64,000 nt of DNA from Lama glama (taxonomy: Eukaryota), in the NCBI GenBank assembly GCA_028534125.1, contig CM052850.1, forward strand, positions 5,952,001-6,016,000. Reading direction: 5' to 3'. How positions within the stretch are numbered: position 1 is the first letter of the stretch; every line of letters starts with the position of its first letter. The position numbers were made by a program, and so were the translations under genes. This document shows positions 1 through 14,269 of the stretch, piece after piece. The notes below the pieces were generated by a model. That model had not been told where the DNA came from and did no database searches. It saw only the letters and a program-made list of their open reading frames with translations.

Positions 1-979
1 ATAGTCATTATTATCGATTGTCCTACATTTTCTTCTCGGAGTCACCCTGATCATCACATCACTGCAAACTTTATTAACTCTAAAGTATGCCTGTGCAAAA
101 GCATGATTTCAAACTGTAGTGACAGAGATGAGAAGAAGGAAAAGATCCTGGCACCATGAAGGGTATATGGTTATATGAACACATGGATGCAGACACGTAC
201 TGCAGAGCAGTGCCCAGCACAGTGGAGGGCTGGAAGCCCACAGGACGCAGCAGGAAGAGCTGTGGTATTGACGAGGGCAAAATGGCAGACTTGTTTTCTA
301 AAGTACGTCCTTCCTGAAGAGTGCATGGCTCCCACTTCCCACTGCCAGCCCCATAATGGGTGTTTTGTTTGGAGGGTCTGTAGAGGAGGGAGGGCTTTAG
401 AATGAAGAGAGACCAGGGAGAGGGCTATAATACACTAAGGGAGGAGAAACATGGAAAGATGTTAGCAACTGGTGCTGTCGGTGTACTGTTCCTCCCAGAT
501 GAGCAGCAACGTATCTTAGCAATCAAGTGGCCTTGTGTTTCTTTTAAACCGTCATCATTCACCCAGCAGGAGCTAGATGGCTAGATGAACATTTCCATGG
601 AGATGTCTGTCAGGTCATTCAGAGGTCATCTCGACCTCTTTTGAGCATTTACACAATAGCCCGCAGAAATGGGCCCAAGGCAGTGTCTAGAGAGTCTTCA
701 GACCAGTAGCCGGCATCCAGGAAGAAGCAGATCTGATCCTCCAGGGGAGTCCGTCACAGGGAAATCACATCAGATTGCCATGTGATGTGTAGACTAGTGT
801 GGATTGGTTAATAACTCAGTTTCATTCCCAGGTCTGCAAGCACAAACTCTTCACACTCCTGACCGTTTACTATTGGCGTCTATCTTCTGTACATCTAATT
901 CATTAAGCTGACATGCCAGCACAGTGGTTCATGATTTCTCCATATAAATAAACCCCGCTTTGGTAGGCAGCACAGATTG

Positions 980-1101
980 GTAGGAAGAGCACTGTGCTAG
1001 GAGTCAGAAGGCTGGATTTGAGCCCAATTATCTCCATCACATTAGCTGTAACCCTTGAGATCAGCAGTTACCCCTTTGGCCTTCGATTCTAAATCTGTAT
1101 A
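980..1101 (+). mobile_element. MIR fragment
   Basis: AAGAGCACTGTGCTAGGAGTCAGAAGGCTGGATTTGAGCCC...ATTAGCTGTAACCCTTGAG...ATCTGTATAA. Confidence 0.55.
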
Positions 1102-2229
1102 ACCTACCACAGAGGATTGATGAGCAAAAAAGGAGGGGGCCTTATAAGACAGATCTTTTTGTAAGTTGTAACACAATGATTATAATAGGAATTTTTCATG
1201 TGCTCGAACCTTTGTAGAATTCCCTCCCACTCCCTTTTCTCAGGCTGAATAACACAACAGAGATACATAAGATTATTACCACTTCTCATCTTCACTTTGT
1301 GGGAACTTAAGATTCAGCCCCCAGTGTGGTGATTGCAGATCATAGGAAGATAAAAAATAAAATCAGAGAATTTTAGAATGAAAAGAGGCTTTAGAAGTCA
1401 CTCTGACCCCCTTCTCTGTAGGAGAAAATGGTTTAGAGAGGAGTCTAGACAAATGACTGGCCACCCAGCTTTGGGCTGCTCACAGCCGGCAAGGTGAGCT
1501 CACGGGTCTGTAGGAATTGGGGGAAACGCTTTGTTGCCCTCGGTGAAGATGAGACTGGAGGATTCCACTTGAGTGCACTGCCTCTTGGCATTTATGATAA
1601 TAAGCACTTACCCAAATTAGTCTGCAGAAAAGGACTCAGTTTACCGCTGAAGGAAGCTTAGCTATTATTTTAACACTGTCTCAACTTGGTCCTTCCCTCT
1701 ACTTTGACCACAGTCACCAGTCCCACATCTGCCTGGGAAGACCTGCCCATTTTAAATGAGCTCAGTGCCTTACAGCAAGCTCACTGGATCTAGCCTCGCG
1801 TGCCAGCCTTCAATGGGCATGAATAGGACGGCCTCATCTGCGAAAGCCCCCGTGGCCGGATCTTAAAACAAAGACAGTGTAAGTGGTGTTTCATCAGAGA
1901 TAGCTAAAGAATGTTCAATTGGCTGAGACGCATTAGAGAAATCTATAGTAATGGCACAGCCCAGGTTCCCCACTGGAAATGAGTTGATTTTTAATGATTT
2001 TAAGCAGCTTGTGACAATTAAGGTTACCCTTTGCTTAACTCTGTCAAGGATTATTGCTCAGTTTTAGAATGTATATGAGTGATACCAATAATGACAACAA
2101 AAAACACATTTTATTAATAATGACAATGATGATATGGGTGTTGACTGGTGTTCACTGTATGCCAGATACCGCTAAGCACTTAAGTTTTCCTGGGGTTGAG
2201 ATGTGCAAAATGAGAGAATGGGAACTGAA

Positions 2230-2480
2230 ACAGTGGAAAAGAACAATAGCCTTGAAGCCAAAAGGCCTAGGAATATTTTCCCCCCTAATTTTAGTATTTA
2301 CTAACTGGGTGAACTTGGTCAAGTAGGTTGACTTTTCTGGAGCTCCTTATTTGTAACATGGGAGTATAAATACCAACATTAAAGGGTCAGTAAAGATGAA
2401 GTTAGTTCATGAATGTTGAAAGGGCTTCTCAGCTGAGCCAGAACATAATAGGTACGACATGACTTGATGAGTTGAATCAC
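2230..2480 (+). mobile_element. MIR fragment
   Basis: ATTTACTAACTGGGTGAACTTGGTCAAGT...CCTTATTTGTAACATGGGAGTATAAATACC...GAACATAATAGGTAC. Confidence 0.55.
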
Positions 2481-5400
2481 GGATGGTGAGAACAGAAATA
2501 CAAGTGGATGAGAACTGACTAGAAATGGAGATGAATCAAGACAGTTTAGGACAAGCCACAGGCAACTCTTCTTTTGTAAGTCATTTACAAGAGATATTCT
2601 GTCCTTACCATTTCCTTTTCCCATCCATTTTATAAGGTGAGGGGACTTCACTGAAACAGGTCAGAATCAGAGAATTATAGCAAATACTAAACTCTTTGTT
2701 AGCAGAAGGCTCGAGTATAAGAGAAGACTCAGAATGAATAGAGCTCTCACTGGATCTCCTGGGCAGTTTCCTTGCAGTCGCCCTCCAACCAGTGTCCCAC
2801 TTTCCCCAAACCCAAGTGTCAGTATTGCTTCCAGTGCCACACTGCAAGGAAGTGGCCCCCCAGGGTCTTGCCAAGCTTGAATCAGAATTCCAGTCATGAA
2901 ACCCCGCAGGCTTCAAAATGACTTATTCTCATTACAATGTATGAAATGATCCGTAAATACATATTTTAACATTACAGAGTTTAAATATTATTACACATCT
3001 TACTCGATGTCAGATTTTGTTAAATGTGTGCCGTTATCTCAATTTACAAAGGTCAGTCAGATGGCAGTGGAGAATAGAACTAGATACATTTAAAGCTCTT
3101 CTTACCAGTACATCTGTAGCTCAGATAACCCTGCCTTTTTCAAAGAGCTTTGGGCTTTTTTTTTTCCCCCTTTCAAATGGGACTTTAATGAGTATCCTGT
3201 GGATAAACTCTTTGCAGAGGTTTGAAAAGATCCAGAGAAACACTGGTGTAGGAACGAGCAAACCATTTTGGATGAAATCAGAAGCCATTTGAATGTCTCC
3301 TCATCTCTTTGGTTGTGTCAGAACCTTTTGGCTGCATTTCCCCCCACAGGAATGTTTTCATCTCCATGGCTAGGTAAATAGAATGTTCGTGTAGCTGCTC
3401 GATTGCTATTCATGCCAGCACGGAGAAGCACAGAGTGACCTACTTCCAGCAGCATCCGTAGAAAGCGTCGCTGCTTTCCATCAAGTCTGATTTGAAAAGC
3501 CACCCTCTGCTTTCTGCAGCCCCTGCCCCCACCCACCCCCAGAGAAACATACTGTGGACTATCGAGAGTCCTTACTTCTTTCTCTCATCAGTCCTGCTTT
3601 CTCTATTAGTTCTTTTTAGTCCATCTTAAACCTCTTCAGAAAACAGAGTGGGTGGGTGAGCAGCTTTAAAGGAAGCGAACGTTTCTGATTTTTAGAATAT
3701 AGCTCTATAAAGGGATGTTGGTGGGGCTGCAGAGAGAGATCAGGCGACGTTTTCTTGTTTAGACTACTCTGTCCGCATAGACACAAAAGGTAAAAACTCA
3801 TTGGAAACCATTTGTAGGCATCTGCATGTGGATGACTCTCTCTTATTGGGGACCACTGATTAGAGTTTCCATAGGTCACTATCATGAGTTGCAATACAGC
3901 CAGTCCTTACTCTGTAAGTGGACGGGCTGGCTTGAGCTGGAAGCATTCCAACATCCAAGAGGAAAGTTGGATTTGAAAAAAACTTCCAGAGACTTTTATC
4001 CAGTTGACATGCAGAAACATACTCAGCCTGCACCTGATTTGGGGCCCAATGGGAGGCAGTGAATACCGTGGTCAGGGCTGGGGCATCCTTAGAGATCTTC
4101 TAGTCCCACCATTTGGAGATGAGAAAAGTGGGCTCCCGGGGAATTGTAGCAGCCTCATTCCCCTCCCCGGCCCCCACCCAGCCCAGTCCAAAGCTCTCGC
4201 TAACCTGCCACTCCGCTTCTCATCACTGGATCATTAATGCTTTGAGGCTCTCTTGTTTTTGCCTTTGAGAGCAAATGTCACCAAGCTGAGGAAATAGAAA
4301 TTCAATTATCCTTCTCCTGGTCACAAATTGAAAATTTCTGTTCCAAATCTCAGAAAGTCAAAAAGGTTCTAGTTACTTGAAAAAGGAACATCCTGTTCTT
4401 CTGTTGGGTGAGAGATTCTTGAAATTTTAAGCCATTTTGCTGCAAAGCTTTTGCTCACGTAGTTCGGTGTGGGGGCAGAGGAGCGAGAGAGAAATAAGCA
4501 GCAGCCTCACGGCCGACTGTGGGTGGAGCAGGGGGACCACAATGGGAGTTCCATTTCCAGCTGGATTCGGAACATCTTCACGAAAGAATGACCTGGTTGT
4601 GCTATTTCCCCTCTGGGCGTTCACTTAGCCAGGCCTATATAGGCACAAACTTCAGGCAAATTGTTGGTGTTCCTGGCATCTGTGCTGGTTGAGTTCAGGC
4701 CCAGCAGGGCGCCTTACTGCATGTGGCTCTCACTCTGGGATGTGGGATTGTGTCACCTCCGAACTCCATACCAGATGGTCCCTGTGGCGAGAGGTGTGGA
4801 GGCCCAGCCAGCTCAGCCCATGGGATGTTGTTTCTCTGGCTGGTGTCCTGTCCTCTCTCCGCCTGACTTTGTCCTTTCTCTGCATCCTTCTCCTTTGTCT
4901 GATTTTCACCTGTCCCTCATCCTTCTTCACAGATGGCCGGGACACTAATGTGCTGCTGTCATTATGTTTATGGAACAAGTTGGGGTCTTTAGAGGCTGCC
5001 GTTCCTGAGACATTAAAGACTTGGGTCACATTTGATACCAGAGTAAAGATTTACAGGATAATTAGTGATCCCCTACTGTTATTAACCCCTGACTTAAAGC
5101 AGGTTATTTTCTAACAGAGGTGTTGAAAGTTAATGCCACTGTTAATAGTTTTAGTCGGAAGATCATAATGAGACCATGTGGGAAACTAGACTGACCATCA
5201 ATACCTTTCAAACTCTGAAATGGGAGGGGCAATAAAAAGGAATGAAAGGAAAGGGGATAACTGTATCACAGGCCTACCTTTGGTCACCTTAATGATAGTC
5301 ACTGATGGACAAGACTCATTTTTAATCTTAGTTTTGGATAATTAGCTTATTGCTACTAAAGCTTTGTGCTTAATCCTCATCGCATCGGGAAACTCAGAAT

Positions 5401-8278
5401 GGCAGCTGAGATAGCACAGAACGGAGGGAGGGGTGGCTAGATTCTATTTTTAGAGATGTTCCCTTCCCCTTGTAATTCTTTCATAAAGAATATAAGGCTT
5501 TTCCACAATACCACACTTAATAGAATTGAAAAACAACCAAGCAAAACTAATAACCCATAGACACTCCCCCCAAATCCCCTAATGGCAGGGAATTTCATGG
5601 TTCTGCATTTTATTTGTCTTCCAATCGATCCAGTTCTTTTCTAACTCAGCTCTGGGGAATCAGCCACCCCGACCCGGAAGCCATATTAGGTTTGGTTTGG
5701 AGGAAGGATTTTTAAGATTAACAGTGAATTTGAAAGTCCTGATCTAAGCAAGATCTTCTAATGGTTAGTAATAATGGCCATCAGAGGGTGTCACCCTGAA
5801 CCGTGGTAGACAGCAGGGTTGGTTCAACATGAGGCCAAGAAGTGACAAGTCGGTGCTTCTTCCTGACTTGACCTCACCACCTGAGCCACCTCATTGCTAC
5901 TCAGCTGGATTTAGTTTGAAACTCAGCCTTGCCGGGAGTGGAAAAGGGGCCTCAAATGCCAGGACTGCTCTACTCCACTCTCAGTTATTCAGTGAATTTA
6001 AGGATCTTTGAGAATTTCTCTAGTTCAAATCCACGTTTGACTTTGAATTGCCAGCATCTTTGAAAGAGGGCATCATGCAAGTTGTCTCCTGGGGAAATTC
6101 TGATTCTAATATGATGTAATGTCTCAGCAGCTGTGTTCAGAGGCTCTCAACATGAGGGGATGCCTCCAGACAGACCAGAGCTCTTGGAAGGTATAAGGAA
6201 GTTGTAATGCCTGGGGAAGGAATTTTTGCAGCATGTTTTGGGTGTCCTAAGCTAACCCCACAGAAAGACAATGCTACAAGCTAAAATTAGAACATTAGAC
6301 TAAGGCCAATTCACAAGTGATTTCATCTCCCTCTCCTTCTCTCTGCCTTTCCCCAGTCCAGGTTGTTCTGTAGCATGACTTCCCCTGCCCAAGGGCCCAT
6401 CATCCTGGTTCTCTATTGCATGCAAAAGCTCCAAGGTTTCTTTCTTAGAAACCGTATGTCTATATCAGCATGAATAAGACCCTTTCTCACCAGCCTGAGG
6501 TCCAATCTGAAGATGGGCTTGGCTCTTAAAGACTCTGATCAAATCACACCTAAACTGTCCACTCTGTGCTTAGAGGGTGGGGAGAGGTAGCGTGCAGATT
6601 AGACTTGAGAGAAGATTTGACATCGCTTGGGACATCAAAATCTTCCTCTTTGTGGATGGTCACGTGAAGCAGACCCTTTTGGATTTAGAATTGTGGACTG
6701 TCAAGTTACAAAAGGATCTTGAAATTCTTCTCTACAGCTCCTCCTACAAGAAATGAGGTGAGAAAACAAAGTTACACATCACATTCAAGGTTACCCTGGA
6801 CCTAGGTCTCCTGAGTTCCAGTTGAGTACCGTGCTCACTGCAGAATATAGGATCAGAGTTATAGTGAGGTGATGACTGAGTCTAGTGTGTCAGCTACTCT
6901 CTTTTTGAGTCTTCTTCATCTTTCTAATCATGGCTCTGTTCATTCCTCTGCTTAATGCAACCATGGATGACTTTCCATTAGCTCTGAACTCCTTAAACTG
7001 GCATTCACAATTTTACAGTTGACACCAATCTAGATTGTTAGCGTGTCCTCCACTACTCCTCTCCGTATCCTCCCCTCTGCGGCATAACCAGGCCTCCCGC
7101 AGTTCTGCAAACAGGCATCGCCCTGCTGTTCCTTTATTCACACTGCTCTCTTCATTTCGAATCGCCTCCCAACATTTCTTCCCATTTTATCCCTTCCCGA
7201 GGGTTTACGCCCAGCCAAGTTCCACCCTCTCACGCAGCACTGCTGTTACAGCTTGGAGCACTTATTCATTGCTGTGTCTTCAGTTTCTTCCTAGAGCAAA
7301 AGCTCCTTGAGAGTAGGGACCATGCAGCACAATTTGCTCAGGGTGGCAAATTAGGGTGTGCTCCAACGATCCTTGTTATATACAAGAGTAAATGGCACCC
7401 TGGTTGCTGTGCATTCTGGGCATTCCAGGATTTTGGAGGTGCTGAGATCTGCGAGGTTGATGCAGGGGGAGAATCAAATGCTGAAAGTGAGGACAGCCTT
7501 CACTTTCTGGAGCTCTCAGCCCCACAGTGTGATGATAGCTGTCGTACTCACACCACCTGTGGTATCTTGAGATGACTGTGGGCTCCTGTTGGCACTTGTT
7601 TTATTCAGGGCACCGGCAAAGGCTCTCTGTCTGAGCCTCATCCACGGCCCGCAGGAGGCTGTGGACTAAAGTGACTATTTTATCACCTCTCATATTTGCT
7701 CCTTGGGAGTCCCAGGTCAGGCTTGCGTTGGTAAAGCAATTTCTGAGCGTTTCTTCTTCTTGAGCTATTCTGCTGACATCCAGACCAGCGTGATTACACT
7801 GATGTTCTCAGCCCCACTGTGACGAAATTCATGAGACATTCACTGTGCCCGGTGTGGTTTTTCATTGGTTGACCCAGGCCAGATATAGCATAAGCAAGTA
7901 AGTTCCTGGTTTAGCATTTTAGCTCTCCTACGTCAAATCCTGTCAGGATGAGGGGGAAAAAAAGCCAAGAAAGAAACCATCATTCTGTGATTATCTTGAA
8001 TCTAAAAAGTGACAGGCACCTTCACCGGCAGGCCTGGTACTCTCTTTCCTTCACCCTTTGCCCTCTGTGACAATTCTGGTCTGAGCCAAACAGGGATATC
8101 ACTTTCCGAAGGAATTTGGCACGAATAACCCACAGTCAGGTTCAGAGGGCCGGCCTGGAAGCCAAGGCTAGAGATTCTGTACACTCAGCCCACCTCGCCG
8201 TGGGAGCACTTTGTCCACACCCCCGCTGCACCTGAAACTCCTAAATCCTAAAACCTTGGACAGAACTCCTTCCTTTTC

Positions 8279-8297
8279 AAAAAAAAAAAAAAAAAAA
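8279..8297 (+). repeat. poly(A)19 tract
   Basis: Read directly. Confidence 0.9.
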
Positions 8298-8325
8298 GAA
8301 GTCAAAGAAGTCCTGGCAGCCAGTG

Positions 8326-8465
8326 GGTACAGGGTTTCTTCTGGGGCTGATGAAAGTTTCTGGACCTAGAGTGGCAATGGCTGCACACTTTGTGAATATA
8401 CTAAAGCCCACTGAATTGTATATATTCAAAGGGTGAATTTAACAGTATGTGAATTATATTTCAGT
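8326..8465 (+). mobile_element. Old L1 (L1MB/MC-like) 3' end fragment
   Basis: GGGTACAGGGTTTCTT..GGGG.TGATGAAA...TGTGAATATACTAAA...ACTGAATTGTA...GGGTGAATTT...GTATGTGAATTATAT, a typical L1M 3' terminus. Confidence 0.75.
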
Positions 8466-9749
8466 TGTAGAAGAACTCATGGAATACTAAGGCTTTGTGC
8501 AAAAAATTAAAATACTACAGCACAAAAACTCCTAAAAGATCCCATGGACTTTCAACTCAACTCTTTACGCGTGTGCGAAGGTCGCGTTGTCCGATGCGTG
8601 TGTTGGAGGTGGAAGGGATCTGATAGAAATTCATCCGTCTTAGTTCCTCTTCTGTGTCAGGCGCGGGTGACTTTGGTCTGGGTGCTTGCTTGTTTCTGCT
8701 TCCACCATTAAAACAGAGGTAATGAGTCTGACCTAGTTGACGAGGGTCTCCTGGGAAATAAAAAGCCAGTTTGTTAAGTGCTTCAGAGGTAGGAGGTGCT
8801 GGATTCCTCTCGAATAGTTACAGAAAGGGCCAAAGTGGCACCCAGCACGTGTGGAATAAATCCCAGGGTGGGTTAGAGCAGGTGTGGGCTAGAGGCTGGA
8901 CGTTGCTCTGGGTGATTTAATGATGCCATTAGGTCCTCCAGTAGGAGCTGCTGCTGCTGCTTGAGATTTTTATTTCTGTGCTGAGAAGGAGAAGGAATTT
9001 GGTTTCTACTGCAACGGCAGACTTGGGAGAGAAAGGTGTGTTTCCCAGGGGGAGTCTTCCTGGTGCTTCGATGTGAAGGCTTGAAGCGTGGGGAGGAAGG
9101 TGGCGTGTCGTGCGTGGGCTTTGTGATCAGGGGACGTGTGCTGAAGCGCCACGGGGCTGCAGCCGGTCCAAGCAGGCACCTTCGGAGGTGCGCCCCAGGG
9201 TTTCTGTTCACCTGGGACTCTGGAAGGGCTCCTCAGAGGGAAGGTGAACTTGGGAAGCCTGTGTCACTGCCTCATTTACCAGATGCAGCTGTGCCTGGAA
9301 AACCAGGACCAGGCTGCTGGGGCCCTTCCACTCTCACAGCCTCTGCCGCTGCAGCTTCCTGGATGCTTGTGCGGGTCACTTCCCGAGCACGGAGAGCTTA
9401 CCAGCCCAACAGGGCAGGATGACTGAGCCCTTCAGGCAGTTAGGGAGGAGGCTAAGAATGTGGGAACTCTTAGCACCTTGCTTTTGCTGCGCCCTCATCC
9501 TCCCTCACACTCCTGCGTCTATTCCCCTGCCTGGTCTGTAGGATGGTAGGATGAGACAGGGAATCACAGCAGTTTTTAGGGACAGGCTGATGACTGGTGG
9601 CTCCCATAAATCCTTCTCACTGACCTTTGCCTAGAGGACCAGCCAATATTCTTCCTCCTCCCTCTCCTCCTCCTCCTCATTCTCCCATCAGTGTCTGAAT
9701 GTCCTTTCCCCACTTCCCTACCTATTAAAAGGAAGTCCACTCACACTAC

Positions 9750-10025
9750 AAGGCTCAACACCAGGAGCATCATCTTCTGGGAAGGCTACTTTCCCCCCGT
9801 CTGTCTTCCACCTTCTCCCCAGGCATGATAACTCTTTCCTTCTTCTGTGTCCCCACAAAACTTTGTCATGCGTGTGGTGTAACACCTGCCACACTCATTC
9901 ACAGTGCGTTGCTTTGGAGAACCTGTTGAGGGCTTCATTGAGATTTGTCTCTTAGTGCCTACAACGGTGCCTGGCATATACATAACACATGCCCAATGTA
10001 TGCCTGTTAAATAAACTAATGAAAA
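9750..10025 (+). mobile_element. L2 3' end fragment
   Basis: CATCTTCTGGGAAGGCT...AGTGCCTACAACGGTGCCTGGCATATA...GTTAAATAAACTAATGAA, an L2-type terminus. Confidence 0.55.
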
Positions 10026-10269
10026 CACATATAAGTAAATAAATACAGTAGAACATCATTTGTACCCTCCCACAAAGAGTGAAAGATATTTATAAACTCC
10101 ATAAATATTTAAAATTGCTTTCCTCTTTATGATTGTAGTACTTGATGAGAATACTATTCTAAATGTGTCTTATTAAATCTTCTTTATGTAGATTGATTTT
10201 TTTTTTTGTCAAAGGTGATAAATTTCAGGAGAAGAAGCCAGGTCTTTCAAAATAATGAAATTTTATAAA

Positions 10270-10440
10270 GCAGTGCTTTGCCAAAGTATGTTCAGCAGAG
10301 GATGATAATAATAATAGTTAAGAAAAAAATGACTTTTAGGGCCAAATGAACCTCGAGAAAGCTGGGTTAATTAGGTTCTTTCTATTGTGGGATGTCTCAA
10401 ATCTTTGATATGATGCTGCTTAGGAATATCAGAGAAAGGG
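10270..10440 (+). mobile_element. MER103C-like hAT-Charlie fragment
   Basis: CAGTGCTTTGCCAAAGTATGTTC...GCTGGGTTAATTAGGTTCTTTCTATTGTGGGATGTCTCAAATCTTTGATATG resembles the recalled consensus. Confidence 0.5.
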
Positions 10441-11153
10441 GTACTTCTGCAACACTTAGCACCTGCACTACAAAGGGCATAGTAGGTTTTGGTATGCTGT
10501 TACTCATCTGTTGATGATAGTTCAGTGTTTGGGTCTAGAGCTTTGAGGGCAGGTGAGTGCTTGTGTCTGTGATAAGGGCCCACTTCTTCACTGCCCTCTC
10601 CACGTACGCCACCTTTGTTCTGCAGAAATGAAGGGAAAAATGAAAGGGAACTAAAACATTGCTTTACCTGCCACAGCAAGAATCAGACATCTCCAGTGGA
10701 CTATGCAGCCAATGAGTGTGGTTTTAGCTCCAGCTGCTCTGCAGTAACCTCCCAGGACTCTTCTGTAAGTGCCAGTTCTCTGCACAGTAATTACCAACTC
10801 TCTCCTTGGTAGATGCACTGGTGTCTCGGAGTAATTGCTAGGGAACTCGCACTTTCAAATTTACAAGAGGCAAACAACCTTCTATTTACCTCAGGGGGTT
10901 ATCAGGGTATTCAAACTGTGCTGAGTAAAGGATGCTATTGATCATAGAAATATGGGGAAGAACTGGAATCTTCACCTTTGTGTTTTTCTCAATGGGTGAG
11001 AGCCCGGGCCATTAGTTTAGGGTGCAAAGACCTATGGGGGGGATAATTCTCTTCTTCTCAGGCCCTCTTCCCTTCCTTGAGATTCAGAGCAGCAGTAAAC
11101 CTAACCTAACTGTAACTAGAAACCTTTTGTTGTCTTCAGCTGACACTGGCTAA

Positions 11154-11480
<327 letters not shown>

Positions 11481-12588
11481 TGACATTAAGGGTCTTGGTG
11501 CCGTAGACATAGCTCCATTGGACCCAATGCCATGATCTGATACTGATCTGGTTAACAAGTACTCCCCCTTTGATGTACATAAAAGTTGCAGTTATTCCTA
11601 CAACACCATTACCTGAAAGTTCTCTCTAGGAACATGCTTACACATGGAGTCACTTTTACAAACCAGAGACAATATCAGATGGGGGTAGTGGATTATTTTA
11701 GAAAGGAATTATTCAACTGGAACTGAATATCTTACAATAGTTTCTCCATAAATGTTTGCTGAATGACTGAATTGCCAAGATGTTGCTGCTACCAAGTCCT
11801 CTTCTCTCTTCTCCCAGTTGGGAGAAAGTCAGTCCTAACTTTCTCTCCTCTTACAATAAAAGACATGCCAATAGATACTTGCCTCTCCCTCTAGAGAGCT
11901 CAGAAATCTCACCATCAGCATCCCTTCTCTTATTTGGAAATTTGAGGCCTCAAGAAAATTAGAAGATTTTTCCTAAAATTCTAGGAACTTGTGTTTTAGA
12001 ATCTCACTGGAAAGTAAATGCTACAATGGCAGGCAGGGGCTTTGTTTGGTGGTGTGTGGTTCATTGGTATACTTTCAACACCTAGAATAACACATTCACA
12101 TGGTTGGTGCTTAATTATTTGTGAAGTAAATGAACTCATTTCCCAGGAGAGACAGAAAATACCTGGTTCACTTTGTATTTTTATTTGTAAAATCAGTACA
12201 TCCTCTGCTCCTAGGGTAGCCTGAAAGCAGGATGAGACCTGACTGATTATCTGCGGGCCATATGTGTGGGAGGAGTTGGGTTCTTTCACTCTTAGGAAAC
12301 TCAAAAGAGAACCAAATGAAGTCTTGGTCCAAATGTTAATTAATCTATTGCTCTGATACTGTCACTATGTGCTGTTCAGTTTTGCATATTAGATTGGGGA
12401 TAACTGAGCACATTTTAGATACGTTAAAATTTCTATTATCTGACTATTTGGCATGGAAAATATCCCCATCAAATCTCTGATAAAATCTCGGAATGTAAGC
12501 CTTCTGTTTCTCCCTCAGCCAGTGTCCCTATGAGTAACTGACTTGGAAGGTTACCTGCATATACACACTAGTCCACTCTGTTTAAACC

Positions 12589-13370
12589 ATGTGGTGGAGA
12601 AAAGAGTCATTGAAAGGCAAACGGTAAACCTCAGTGTCCAGATACGCCGGAGAGCGAGCAGGTAAATGAGACGGCTGTGTCTCACATTTACAAAGTCACT
12701 GAGGTTTATGACGTGGGGGTTAGAGTACACGCGCATCCTTAATCAAAGACCAGTGTTTCCTCTCTCAGGGAAGCTTTGTCTTCCTCAGTGTGGCTTGTAG
12801 TTTCCAGATTGTGGTGAGATCAGGCAGATTGGCCCAATCAGCCCTGGCGCTGACTGGGGTGACAGATGTAGAAGCCACATTGTCTTCATATTTGTAATGT
12901 AGTCTGATTGAAAAGAAGGGCACAAGGCTGGACTTCCCACCAGCCGTCCACATCCTCCCATCAGTGTAGGAAGTGGCCTTTGTCATGGATAGTTTTCATT
13001 CCGTTTCTTTTGGTTCAAGGCCATTTCAAAGAACCAGTATCACGGAAATGTTTAGGGTGAAGAGAAGCGTAGAGAGCCCCAAGAACTAATGTTAGGTGTG
13101 ATTGTGTCTGAAGGGAAGACCCTGGAAACAAGAGGTTAAGACGGGTGAGGGGTCAGAAGGTGTGTTCAGTCGGGGTTGGGGCAGTGATATGAGGATCTGT
13201 GGAAAGACAGTCCAAAGCTTGTCCTGGTCCTCCATCATATCTTCAGTGGCCTATGTGGTCCAGAAGAGTCCTTGAATGGCAAACGGTAAACCTCAGTGTC
13301 CAGATATGCCGGAGAGCTAGCAGGTAAATGAGACGGCTATGCCTCAGGTTTACAGGTTAATTGAGATTCT
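12589..13370. repeat. Local direct duplication: copy 1 ~12589-12707, copy 2 ~13253-13370
   Basis: 83-nt cores 12602-12684 and 13264-13346 differ at 6 positions (77/83, counted by hand). Offset 662 nt. Confidence 0.92.
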
Positions 13371-14269
13371 CTAGATAAGTGTGTGTGCACATGCGCACAT
13401 GTGTATGCGTCCACATGTTTGTGGGGGGTGCGTGGCTGATCAAAAATGCCAAAGAATTTGAGGAAAATACAGTATCCTTAAAATATAATGACCCCTATGA
13501 AAAGCCCTCCATTGCTAATGTTTTTTTAAGACCCCCTCACAACACCAGGCAGGAATTAATGGACAGGGGACACTGACCTGGAATGAGAACACATCGGCCT
13601 TAAACCTGGGACTCCCTGAGCTCTTTCCTTCCTACACTGCCGGTCACCCAGACCGACAGTGACGGTCAGTTTCCCAAAAAAAATGGAAGAGATTATTCCC
13701 TCCATTTTACTTTATGTTATCCTATGTTATTTTCAACTAAGCTGGAAAGGGCAGAGGTTAAAAGGGTTTGGGCAAAGGGTAAGAGTGGGCCAGCCTTGAT
13801 TTGTCTCGTGGTTGGATCTCTCGGATGTGGTTGGGCCCATATCTCCATGCAAAATTCAGCAAGGCCTTTGATTTCTGCAGGAGAGCAGGGACCCCCGAGG
13901 TGAACTGAAGATGTAAGTACTCTCCCCACATCCTTGTCAAAGACGGCGTGGTCAGTGGAGTCTCCCCCAGCCCCTCTTGCCACCCCGCCTTCCTCCATTC
14001 CGATTCCCTACACCCTCATACACTGCCTCTCCGTCCTTAACATTCTATTCTAGAAATGGTTTCAAAGACTGGAGTTGTGTATCTGCCCTCAGCTTAGAAA
14101 TCACGCCTGAGGGTATCCTGTTTGAAGATGTCGTTCCGAGAGTCTCTGATGGTTTCTTCTTAAGAGAGTCAGGGATTGGTAGACACTATCTGATACACTT
14201 CATGCCATATCCTTTGGAAGTGAAGTAGGCAGCCGTTTGAGGCATCTGGAGCAACAGCATTATAAACGT

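Noticed and set aside
5775-5793. CTCF-like motif TGGCCATCAGAGGGTGTCA
   Set aside because: Three mismatches to the consensus, including a key C. Expected by chance in 64 kb without ChIP data.
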